IMG/VR virus record: IMGVR_UViG_3300013005_000022 | Location: 54,443 to 118,442 of that record | Reading direction: 5' to 3' (one strand) | Source: a virus | Taxonomy: Duplodnaviria > Heunggongvirae > Uroviricota > Caudoviricetes | DNA: 64,000 nucleotides | Shown here: piece after piece, positions 38,283 through 46,513 of the stretch | Position numbering within the stretch: the first letter of the stretch is position 1 | Layout of the letters: each line of letters opens with the position of its first letter | The notes under the pieces: generated by a model | What the model was told of the DNA's origin: nothing | Databases searched by the model: none | What the model saw: only the letters and a program-made list of their open reading frames with translations | Position numbers and translations under genes: made by a program

Positions 38283-39029
38283 ATGGCTAAAAGAAGAAAA
38301 AGTTACCAAGAGGAAGAGCAAGATTATCAAGAAATAATCAATCACTTCCAACCAAATCAACCCATTCTTGAAAAGTACAAAATTGAAATTAAACCAAAAA
38401 GTGAAAATCAAAAGATTCTCGTAGATCTAATTAGAGACAAAGAGATAGTAATATGTTCGGGTCCAGCTGGTACTGGTAAAACTTTCTTAGCTTGCGTCCA
38501 AGCTCTTAAGTTATTCAAATCAGAATTTAAGTATCGTAAAATAGTTCTTGTAAAATCTGTTACAACTCTTAAAGATGAAGAAATAGGTTTCCTAAAAGGA
38601 ACTATGGAAGAGAAAATGGAACCTTTCGTTTATTCATTCTTTCATAACTTTGAGAAGATTCTTCCTAAAAGCGTTATCAAAAATTTAAAAGATTCTCAAT
38701 CAATTGAAGTTCTTCCTCTTGCATATATGCGAGGAATTAACCTAGATAATTGTATTGTAATTATAGACGAATGTCAAAACATTACACCCGACAATATGAG
38801 AACTATTATGACTCGTATTGGTGAAAATTGTAAGATGATATTCTTGGGAGATGAAGGTCAAATCGATTTAAAGAACAAAAGAAACTCTTCTCTCCAATTA
38901 ATCATGGAGAAATTTGCTGATGTTCCGGCTATTGGTTGTATTCGTTTCACTGAAGAAGACACCGTTAGAAATCCTTTAATCAGAAAAATTGAAGAGGTAT
39001 TTAGATCTATTTCTAATCCTACTGCATAA
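38283..39029 (+). CDS. phoH: PhoH-like ATPase
   Basis: Walker A GPAGTGKTFLA; PhoH-like length and conserved downstream segments (LPLAYMRG, IIDECQN). Confidence 0.85.
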   Translation: MAKRRKSYQEEEQDYQEIINHFQPNQPILEKYKIEIKPKSENQKILVDLIRDKEIVICSGPAGTGKTFLACVQALKLFKSEFKYRKIVLVKSVTTLKDEEIGFLKGTMEEKMEPFVYSFFHNFEKILPKSVIKNLKDSQSIEVLPLAYMRGINLDNCIVIIDECQNITPDNMRTIMTRIGENCKMIFLGDEGQIDLKNKRNSSLQLIMEKFADVPAIGCIRFTEEDTVRNPLIRKIEEVFRSISNPTA

Positions 39030-39036
39030 AATAAGT

Positions 39037-39564
39037 ATGAAAAGAAAAAAGCCACGTATATTCTTAACATCTGATACTTTCTTCGGCAGACATCTGTCTG
39101 CTGTTGAAAGAAGATTCGAGAATACCGAAGATATGGAAGATTCTATGATTGATTTATGGAATGAGACCGTTGAAGAGACCGATGTGGTATATCATTTAGG
39201 AAATTTTGCATGGGATCCTATTTCAGCTGAGACTGCTATTAATTTCTTAAATGGTAAAATTTATTTTGTTGCTGGTAAACACGATACATTTCTTTCAACT
39301 ATATCTCTAATTAAAACCGGAGTTCACACTTTATATACCAATCAAGTTGGTACTCTACCAAGCCAAAATCTTATATTCACTCATTGGCCGATGTTAGATT
39401 GGCCTGGAAAAGAAGATGGATTTATGCAATTCCATGCCGGCGATTCGCCTACAAATATTGAAGAACAACGAATAAATGTTAATTGTAAGAATTGGGGTTT
39501 AAAGCCGGTTGATCTTGATACTATTCTAGATATCGTTAAAATAACAAAACATAGTAAAAAATGA
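39037..39564 (+). CDS. calcineurin-like metallophosphoesterase paralog with degenerate metal-binding motifs
   Basis: IFLTSDTFFG (DxH-like), YHLGNF (GD-like), FVAGKHD (GNHD-like), FTHWP (GH-like); start moved to ATG 39037. Confidence 0.45.
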   Translation: MKRKKPRIFLTSDTFFGRHLSAVERRFENTEDMEDSMIDLWNETVEETDVVYHLGNFAWDPISAETAINFLNGKIYFVAGKHDTFLSTISLIKTGVHTLYTNQVGTLPSQNLIFTHWPMLDWPGKEDGFMQFHAGDSPTNIEEQRINVNCKNWGLKPVDLDTILDIVKITKHSKK

Positions 39565-39815
39565 AAACGTTTGCAGATCTAACATTTACATCTTATTTAG
39601 ATGGACAAGGAACACAAGCTCGACTTCAATTCACTAATGGATATGGTATATATGTCTTTAAAACTCCGTGGACTATTGGTGGTACATCAGGAAATTATTG
39701 CGGAGCGGTTCTTAGTTCGAATGGTCTTTTAGACCCTAGCACATCAGTTCCAGATCAATACGATTTAACAGAAACTGAAGTTACTCAAATGATGGCTTCG
39801 GTACAAGAATTATAA
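39561..39815 (+). CDS. hypothetical protein
   Basis: 84-aa ORF. Confidence 0.45.
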   Translation: MKTFADLTFTSYLDGQGTQARLQFTNGYGIYVFKTPWTIGGTSGNYCGAVLSSNGLLDPSTSVPDQYDLTETEVTQMMASVQEL

Positions 39816-39823
39816 AATATAAA

Positions 39824-39839
39824 CATAGAGCCTCACTCT
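39824..39839. repeat. left arm of a 16/17-bp inverted repeat flanking ORF 39918-40724
   Basis: CATAGAGCCTCACTCT; partner at 40728-40745 reads AGAGTGAGGCCTCTATG (reverse complement with 1-nt indel). Confidence 0.8.
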
Positions 39840-39917
39840 TGTTTGTCTTGGGTTTAATCAACCTTAGAGTAGTCTATCCGGCTACAAAAAGATTAACAAC
39901 AAAAACAAAGGTAAAAA

Positions 39918-40724
39918 ATGTACACAATTAACACAACAGCAGCGAAGTGTGAAGCACACATCGCAATGAATCGAAGCCGACTTAAGTCGTATTCAAACAA
40001 TTACTATCTTAAAGACTCTTCAAATTTTGAGATAGAACTATTCAATCCTCATGCACATTCAGTTTTAGCTAAGATTAAAATGAATGGCAGCTACATCTCT
40101 AATTCAGGATTGGTAATTAAACCGGGTCAAAGAGTATTTCTTTCTCGCTACCTAGATTCAAATAACAGTTTCTTATTCGAGACTTATGATATTGAATCTG
40201 ATAATGAAGTTGCAAAGAAGGCTATTGAAAACAATGGATCTATAGAAATTGAGTTTTATTATGAAGTTTCTAATTTTATTGGTAAACCTTATTGGGTATC
40301 TAGCGGATCTTCTCTACTAGGTAACACCGGAAATGGAATTTATTATAGCCATTCCGGCAATATCAATTACACAAATGACGTTACCTTCACCTCAATTAAC
40401 ACAAACAACTTTGATTCAATTAACACAAACATGCCGATTGCCGGTAGTTTATCAAACACTAGCAATGGAAGTAATCTAATGAATGTCAGCTCTAAAATAG
40501 AGACTGGAAGAATAGAAAAGGGTGGATCTACTAAACAGAAATTTGAAACGGATAATGGAAGTTATAACGTATTCTATTCTGAGTTATTGGCTATTAAATT
40601 ACTCCCTTCGTCAGCCAAACCGATTGAGGTTTCTGAAATTCGTACATATTGTACCGGATGTGGAACTCGAATGAAAAAACAAACATGGAAATTCTGCCCT
40701 AATTGCGGAACTAAAATTGACTAA
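39918..40724 (+). CDS. hypothetical protein with Asn/Ser-rich region and C-terminal zinc ribbon
   Basis: CTGCGTRMKKQTWKFCPNCGTKID; flanked by inverted repeats. Confidence 0.55.
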   Translation: MYTINTTAAKCEAHIAMNRSRLKSYSNNYYLKDSSNFEIELFNPHAHSVLAKIKMNGSYISNSGLVIKPGQRVFLSRYLDSNNSFLFETYDIESDNEVAKKAIENNGSIEIEFYYEVSNFIGKPYWVSSGSSLLGNTGNGIYYSHSGNINYTNDVTFTSINTNNFDSINTNMPIAGSLSNTSNGSNLMNVSSKIETGRIEKGGSTKQKFETDNGSYNVFYSELLAIKLLPSSAKPIEVSEIRTYCTGCGTRMKKQTWKFCPNCGTKID

Positions 40725-40727
40725 TTA

Positions 40728-40745
40728 GAGAGTGAGGCCTCTATG
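40728..40745. repeat. right arm of the inverted repeat flanking ORF 39918-40724
   Basis: AGAGTGAGGCCTCTATG. Confidence 0.8.
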
Positions 40746-40752
40746 TTTTAAA

Positions 40753-40836
40753 TTGTTAATAACTTTCCAATCCGAGATTTTTTAATTTCGGATTTTTTTA
40801 TTATATTTGTAATATCAAATTAAATAAAAAACAATT
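40753..40836 (+). promoter_or_regulatory. conserved promoter cassette with hairpin, copy 5 of 8
   Basis: TTGTTAATAACTTT; hairpin AATCCGAGATTTTTTAATTTCGGATTTTTTT; TATATTTGTAATATCAAATTAAATA. Confidence 0.65.
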
Positions 40837-41037
40837 ATGGAATCAATTAAATTAGACTACAGCAAAATCTCAAACGTATTCGTAGGTGGAATCGATATGG
40901 AAGATTTTCCAGATTTTTGCGATGCTTACATCGAATCTGCCGATTATGGAAATCGTGAAATGACCGACGAAGAACTAGAAATTCTTAACGAAGACGGTAG
41001 CTTTATTTCTGAACATGCACACTCTCAAATTTTTTAA
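40837..41037 (+). CDS. hypothetical acidic protein
   Basis: 66-aa ORF after a promoter cassette. Confidence 0.45.
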   Translation: MESIKLDYSKISNVFVGGIDMEDFPDFCDAYIESADYGNREMTDEELEILNEDGSFISEHAHSQIF

Positions 41038-41197
41038 TATGATAATTTACATGATACAAACTCTTCAATTACTAGCTAACACAAGAGGAGAAGAATTCGT
41101 AAAGGCGATTGCTGAATGTGGAAGATTCCAGCAAACAAAAGATGGTGTTCCATTCTTGATAATTGAAGATGAAGATAAACTTAATACGTTGATATAA
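41015..41197 (+). CDS. hypothetical protein
   Basis: 60-aa ORF; start uncertain. Confidence 0.35.
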   Translation: MHTLKFFNMIIYMIQTLQLLANTRGEEFVKAIAECGRFQQTKDGVPFLIIEDEDKLNTLI

Positions 41198-41198
41198 A

Positions 41199-41690
41199 AT
41201 GGGAAAATTACGAAATTACGAAAAGATTAAATGGAAGCCTTTTCAAATTCGAGAAGGTAACATTTCAGTAACCAACTATTGGACAGATAAAGACGGAAAG
41301 AAATATCCTGTTCAATCTCATCTAGATATTCCTAGATATTCATTCTTTGAAATTCTTAAATGGGAGCCTAATGGTTATTATGGCAAACTTCAAGATTACC
41401 TAAACGATGGTTGGGTAATCTCATTTGGTGGAGATTTTCTTCAAAAAGATAGAACCTCAATTTCTCTTTCATTCTTCACTGAAAGTCCTGAATCATGTTT
41501 CATGCTTGCATCTTGGGAAAACATGGACCATGATGAAAAGTCACCTGATTTAAAATTCGTAGGATGTCGTCCAATGAATTTAACTGAAGATGAACAAATG
41601 ATATTTATGAAACTTGCAAAAGCAGGACAAGAGCATATCGAAGAAATTTTGAATACTTTTAACGAAGAAGATTATGATAACTGGAATTAA
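41199..41690 (+). CDS. hypothetical protein
   Basis: 163-aa ORF. Confidence 0.5.
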   Translation: MGKLRNYEKIKWKPFQIREGNISVTNYWTDKDGKKYPVQSHLDIPRYSFFEILKWEPNGYYGKLQDYLNDGWVISFGGDFLQKDRTSISLSFFTESPESCFMLASWENMDHDEKSPDLKFVGCRPMNLTEDEQMIFMKLAKAGQEHIEEILNTFNEEDYDNWN

Positions 41691-42036
41691 ATACTCAACC
41701 AGAATAGTCTTTATTCTAAAGACGGTAGTTATTAAAATTCCTGTAAGTAGAAGAGGTTATCTTCAAGGACTTAATGAAAAACGGATATGGGACAAGTACA
41801 AAGACATTACTTCGCTAGCAGAACTGAAATGGATGTGTATGGGTATCGTATGCCAGAAGAAATATAACACCATTTCGTCAATACCAACTAGAGTAGTTAA
41901 ACGTAACAAAGCATCTATGCCGGAATTTGATTTCGATAATTGCGATCTTTACAATCCAGAAAATTGGGGAATAGATGGTAAGAAATATATTCTACTAGAT
42001 TATGGAGTTAATGAACATATAGCCGGTTTATACTAA
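41674..42036 (+). CDS. hypothetical protein
   Basis: 120-aa ORF. Confidence 0.45.
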   Translation: MITGIKYSTRIVFILKTVVIKIPVSRRGYLQGLNEKRIWDKYKDITSLAELKWMCMGIVCQKKYNTISSIPTRVVKRNKASMPEFDFDNCDLYNPENWGIDGKKYILLDYGVNEHIAGLY

Positions 42037-42044
42037 ACACTAAA

Positions 42045-42126
42045 TTGTTAATAACTTTCCACAAAAAAATTTTTTTATTCCAAAAAAAAGTATTATATTT
42101 GTAATATCAAATTAAATAAAAACAAT
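42045..42126 (+). promoter_or_regulatory. conserved promoter cassette, copy 6 of 8
   Basis: TTGTTAATAACTTT ... TATATTTGTAATATCAAATTAAATAAAAAC. Confidence 0.6.
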
Positions 42127-42405
42127 ATGAACAATTCTCTTCAATCTGGTAATTACATGAAAGTTACTCCAGTTCGTTTATTCTTAGCAATGTACCCAAT
42201 CGAGTGTATGAATGCTAATAAACTAGAAAAACATATGGGTGAATATGATGTTTACTTTAAAACATCTGATCTTAAAACCATTATGTCTGATTCTATATTT
42301 CGCGAATTAGAATGTGAGGTTACCACGCACATGATTCTTTCCGAACCAGAAAAGCAATCTTATTACAACAACGAATTAACATACGATCAAATCGCTACTC
42401 GTTAA
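42127..42405 (+). CDS. hypothetical protein
   Basis: 92-aa ORF after a promoter cassette. Confidence 0.45.
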   Translation: MNNSLQSGNYMKVTPVRLFLAMYPIECMNANKLEKHMGEYDVYFKTSDLKTIMSDSIFRELECEVTTHMILSEPEKQSYYNNELTYDQIATR

Positions 42406-42406
42406 T

Positions 42407-42498
42407 TTGTTAATAACTTTCCCACAATAAATTTTACTTTTTGGTAAACTTTTATTATATTATTAATATAAAATAAAAACTTAAATATCATACAGACT
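42407..42498 (+). promoter_or_regulatory. divergent promoter cassette, copy 7 of 8, upstream of the sigma factor gene
   Basis: Upstream box TTGTTAATAACTTT retained; core diverged to TTATTATATTATTAATATAAAATAAAAAC. Confidence 0.5.
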
Positions 42499-43098
42499 AT
42501 GGCTAAAAACGAATCATTAAAGGAATTAGGAATCGAGTTTAAAGAAACTAGATCAGAACGAGTATTCACCGATTTATATCATCGTCTTAAACCAGGGTTA
42601 ACAAATTACGTATTTCAAATCGTAAAAGATTACGATATGTCTAATCATATTGTTTCTAGCGTAATGTCTGAGGTTTATAACAAAATCGATAAATACGATC
42701 CTAAATGGCATATCTCTACATGGATTTATCGTATTGCATATACACATGCTTGTGGTTATCTTCGAGCTAAAAAAGTTCAACGAACGGTTTCTCTATCCGC
42801 ATTCGATAACGATGAAAATCGCAATCGTCTACATAAACTAGAATTCGATTCTATCGAAGATCACCGTGATGCTATTGAAAAACGTGAAGATGAAGATGCG
42901 GAAAAAGCTCATGTTAATTATCTTCGTACAATCGTCGATAATTTACCAATTGAATATCGTGAAGTGGTTGTGGAAAAATTCTACAATGATTTAAAGTATG
43001 ATGAAATCGCTGCCAAGCTAAATATTCCACTTCATACCGTAAAAAACCGAATTTCACGAGGTAAACGAATCATTCAAGAGGAACTCACCAAAAAATAA
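42499..43098 (+). CDS. RNA polymerase sigma factor, sigma-70 family (ECF-like)
   Basis: Region 2-like YRIAYTHACGYLR; region 4 HTH DLKYDEIAAKLNIPLHTVKNRISRGKRIIQEEL. Confidence 0.75.
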   Translation: MAKNESLKELGIEFKETRSERVFTDLYHRLKPGLTNYVFQIVKDYDMSNHIVSSVMSEVYNKIDKYDPKWHISTWIYRIAYTHACGYLRAKKVQRTVSLSAFDNDENRNRLHKLEFDSIEDHRDAIEKREDEDAEKAHVNYLRTIVDNLPIEYREVVVEKFYNDLKYDEIAAKLNIPLHTVKNRISRGKRIIQEELTKK

Positions 43099-43114
43099 TT
43101 AATACCTATTTATT

Positions 43115-43147
43115 CAATTGTCACTTATCATTGATAGGTGACAATTG
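43115..43147. promoter_or_regulatory. perfect 10-bp inverted repeat (operator/terminator candidate) between the sigma factor gene and the secreted-protein operon
   Basis: CAATTGTCAC-N13-GTGACAATTG. Confidence 0.5.
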
Positions 43148-43221
43148 ATGTTTCTACTCAACGCTGGTAGTAAGCATCTTTTTCATCACTTTTAAGATAC
43201 ATATCTTAAAACAAACACAAA

Positions 43222-45144
43222 ATGAAGAAATTGCTTAAATCATTTTTACTGATGATTATTTTAGCTCTTCCGATTCTTACATTTGCACAATCCGGTCCAC
43301 CGGCACCAAGTGCAGGAATTTGGGCTTTAATAGATACTAACTATACAGTTGGTACTTCAACAGTAGGAATCTCTCAGGCTAAAATCACTCTAAAAAATAC
43401 AACGGCTACTTTATATACCGGTGTTCAATTTAGAGTATTTTACGACAAAAATGCTTTCTCATCAGCATCAGTTGCTTTGTTAGGATCTACTACAAATTTA
43501 TATTTACAATCAGTAGATAACAACACAGCAGGTTATGTGACTATCTCTTTAGTTTATACAGGAAGTAGTTCTGCATATACATTAGCCGATGGAGAAAGAT
43601 TTGAACTTACGTTTAACCACGTATCTCCGGCAGCATTCTATGCTTTGCCATCGATCAGTGCATTAACTTGGACTGGTTCTGCTACTTACACTCAAGTGGC
43701 TGCTGAACAAAGTGGTTTAGATACCACTTTAAGTTTACACAGCTATGGTGGAAACTGGTTACGTCCAGAACTTGATTACCATGGTACATTTACTAACGTA
43801 ACTGGTACTGGTGCAAAAAACCTTACTCTTGCATTAGAGAAAAAAGTTAAGATTGGTGGAACATGGGGAACTCATGCAACATACATAACAGACATTAATG
43901 GAGACTTTGCATTCTCAGAAATTATCGATACAACATATTATGATGTTCGTTTAGCAGTTCAAGGAGATTCCATGACTGTTGGTAACGTTATTTCAACTGC
44001 CGATGCTCAGTTAATTAATCAATGGGTTCTTGGTGGAGCTACTCCTACAGGATTCGATTTTTATACCGGAGATGTTAATGGATCTAATGGAATATCGATC
44101 ACTGATGCTTATGGAGTATTTGGAAGAATCGCTGGTAGATTCTCTACTTGGCCTAACTCAGTTAAAGATGTTAAATTCTTTACCGCTGCTGAATATGCAA
44201 CTATTACCGGAACACCATCAACAAACTTTACTGGATCTATCCCCGGAGTTACCAACTTCTATTTTGATATTCTACCTGGAGCACCTGATAGTGTAACTTA
44301 TTATGTATGTGTACCTGGTGATGCAAATGGAACCGGTTATAATATGGCTCGTTTAACCCCAATTGACGTGGTAATCAATCCACCAGCTGGAACTCCTGCA
44401 CAACAAGAAAACGTAGTAGATATGAAAGTTGAATATGACTTTCCTACATCTTCTATGGAAGTTAGATTACCTTCATTATCAGTTAAAGAAGGAAACCTGG
44501 TAGAACTTCCTGTTAGTGTACATACAAATGGTCAAGATATTTCTGCTTTACAACTTTCAATGTTATACGATCAAACTCTTTTACAATTCAAAGATGTTCA
44601 AAACTCACCAAAAGCAATGTTTTGGATGTCTTCTATCAATCCTACTGGAGGTATTGTAGAATGGTCTGGATATGACCCATCAGCGAACAAATCATATATG
44701 ATACCTGATGGTTATGAAGTATTCACTCTTCGTTTTTTGGCTCTTAAACCTCAAAATGAATGGAATCAATCACCTTTATATACAACTAGAAAATTTTCAG
44801 GAAATTCAAATTCTAAAGACATGACAATTACTCCAGCTAATGGAATTCTAATTGTTGCTAAAATGGCAAATGTTGGTGGAATCTTAGACGAAAGAGAAAT
44901 GACAGTTTTTCCTAATCCTACTACCGGAGAAATCACGGTAGAGTTTAGTGTAAAACAGACTGGTCCAGTTAAGTTATATATAGTAGGTATGAACGGAGTT
45001 ATATCTCATGTAATTCTTGATAGAGATATGCCAGAAGGTGAATACATTTATACTTCTAATATCAATCATCTTACTCAAGGAATATATGTGGCTTCATTAC
45101 AAGCTAAAAATCAAAAAAACTCTGCTAAAATAATTAAAAACTAA
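43222..45144 (+). CDS. secreted protein with type IX secretion system C-terminal sorting domain
   Basis: Signal peptide MKKLLKSFLLMIILALPILTFAQ; C-terminal ~80 aa VFPNPTTGEITVEF...VKLYIVGMNGVI...LTQGIYVASLQAKN..SAKIIKN matches the T9SS type-A CTD pattern. Confidence 0.75.
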   Translation: MKKLLKSFLLMIILALPILTFAQSGPPAPSAGIWALIDTNYTVGTSTVGISQAKITLKNTTATLYTGVQFRVFYDKNAFSSASVALLGSTTNLYLQSVDNNTAGYVTISLVYTGSSSAYTLADGERFELTFNHVSPAAFYALPSISALTWTGSATYTQVAAEQSGLDTTLSLHSYGGNWLRPELDYHGTFTNVTGTGAKNLTLALEKKVKIGGTWGTHATYITDINGDFAFSEIIDTTYYDVRLAVQGDSMTVGNVISTADAQLINQWVLGGATPTGFDFYTGDVNGSNGISITDAYGVFGRIAGRFSTWPNSVKDVKFFTAAEYATITGTPSTNFTGSIPGVTNFYFDILPGAPDSVTYYVCVPGDANGTGYNMARLTPIDVVINPPAGTPAQQENVVDMKVEYDFPTSSMEVRLPSLSVKEGNLVELPVSVHTNGQDISALQLSMLYDQTLLQFKDVQNSPKAMFWMSSINPTGGIVEWSGYDPSANKSYMIPDGYEVFTLRFLALKPQNEWNQSPLYTTRKFSGNSNSKDMTITPANGILIVAKMANVGGILDEREMTVFPNPTTGEITVEFSVKQTGPVKLYIVGMNGVISHVILDRDMPEGEYIYTSNINHLTQGIYVASLQAKNQKNSAKIIKN

Positions 45145-45470
45145 TGTCAGAAGAAACACAAGATCACAATGACGGAACTTGGTCAGGTCTAAAGAAAACT
45201 CTTATTGGAACAATTTCTACAGCAGTACTTGCTGGAGGAACTTGGTTAACCACTACTTTATTTAATGGCGGTAGTGACGATAAAGAAGAAACTAAAACTG
45301 AACAGGCTGCTCCAGCTCCTGTTATTGTTAACGTTCAACAAAATCAAGAGAACACTCAAAAACAACAAAACAATGGTGGTACCAACACTATCATCAGAGA
45401 AAGAGTTATAGAGAAACCTGTTGAAAAGAAAGAAGAAAAGAAAAAAGAATCTGAGGATGCTCCTTGGTAA
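45144..45470 (+). CDS. membrane-anchored protein with disordered Lys/Glu-rich tail
   Basis: One transmembrane helix (LIGTISTAVLAGGTWLTTTLF); start overlaps upstream stop. Confidence 0.45.
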   Translation: MSEETQDHNDGTWSGLKKTLIGTISTAVLAGGTWLTTTLFNGGSDDKEETKTEQAAPAPVIVNVQQNQENTQKQQNNGGTNTIIRERVIEKPVEKKEEKKKESEDAPW

Positions 45471-45489
45471 ACTAAAAACAAATAAAAAA

Positions 45490-45780
45490 ATGGCTAAATT
45501 ACAAAACACCAAACCAAACTTCTTTAAGCGAATGTTTATGGATGATAATGATATTAATGAAAAATCTATCGTTGGATTCTGTGCATTTTTAGTAATGTGT
45601 ATTGCATTTGGAGTTGATATTTACACCGGAATTAAAGGTATGCCTTTTGAGATTAACGAATTCATTTTTGATGGATTTATGGTTATCACTTTAGGTGCAT
45701 TCGGTATTGCTTCAGTTGACAAATACATAACTGGAAAGAAAGGCGTAAGTTCATCTAATGATGAGACTCCAGTAGAATAA
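45490..45780 (+). CDS. small membrane protein
   Basis: Start moved to the internal ATG after the upstream stop; two hydrophobic helices. Confidence 0.45.
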   Translation: MAKLQNTKPNFFKRMFMDDNDINEKSIVGFCAFLVMCIAFGVDIYTGIKGMPFEINEFIFDGFMVITLGAFGIASVDKYITGKKGVSSSNDETPVE

Positions 45781-45793
45781 AAAAATAAAAAAC

Positions 45794-46513
45794 ATGAAAG
45801 CACTTATAACTTTTATAATGCTGATATTTTTTGCTCAAACTAGTATTGCTCAGATTGGCACCGTCAAGTCTGAGCAATACCAAGCAGAGTTTGAGAAGAA
45901 GCAATCACTCGATGCTTTACCAGAATATACAGACACAATCAAGATTCCTATTCAGATTCTTAAAATCGGAATCAATGAAGAGTTATACGAAATGTATCCT
46001 GAATTGAAAGATAAAAGAGTTGGATTAGGAGTAACTAATATTGTTCTTGAATATCTCGAATACACCAATCGTTTCGTTTTTACTGAAGATAAACTTGAAA
46101 TTAAAGAGCGAATGGTTCAACAATTTAAAGCATCTGATAAAGGCTTTACTGAAAATAAAATCGACGGTAGAGGAAAGATTAAGTTAGCTAAATACTTTGT
46201 GTATATAGAAGTCTATGATTTTTCGGTATCCGATGATGAAGTTGTAAAGATTAACGGAGAATCCAAGACTACTCAGATAACTCGTTTAGGATTACAAGTT
46301 AAATTCGTAGATGCTGAAACCGGAGAGATTATTATGGGATCTGGACTCGGAGAAGCTACTACCGTTAAGACTGCTACTATTTTAGATGGGGTTGACGATA
46401 GTGATATTAAATTCAATCAATCACATATTGGTATAACTACCAAGAAATCTCTTGAAACGGCATCTTCTAGAATCGTTGCAAGAATGATAAAAAAAGGAAT
46501 TTTCAAATCGTAA
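45794..46513 (+). CDS. secreted hypothetical protein
   Basis: Signal peptide MKALITFIMLIFFAQTSIAQ. Confidence 0.55.
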   Translation: MKALITFIMLIFFAQTSIAQIGTVKSEQYQAEFEKKQSLDALPEYTDTIKIPIQILKIGINEELYEMYPELKDKRVGLGVTNIVLEYLEYTNRFVFTEDKLEIKERMVQQFKASDKGFTENKIDGRGKIKLAKYFVYIEVYDFSVSDDEVVKINGESKTTQITRLGLQVKFVDAETGEIIMGSGLGEATTVKTATILDGVDDSDIKFNQSHIGITTKKSLETASSRIVARMIKKGIFKS

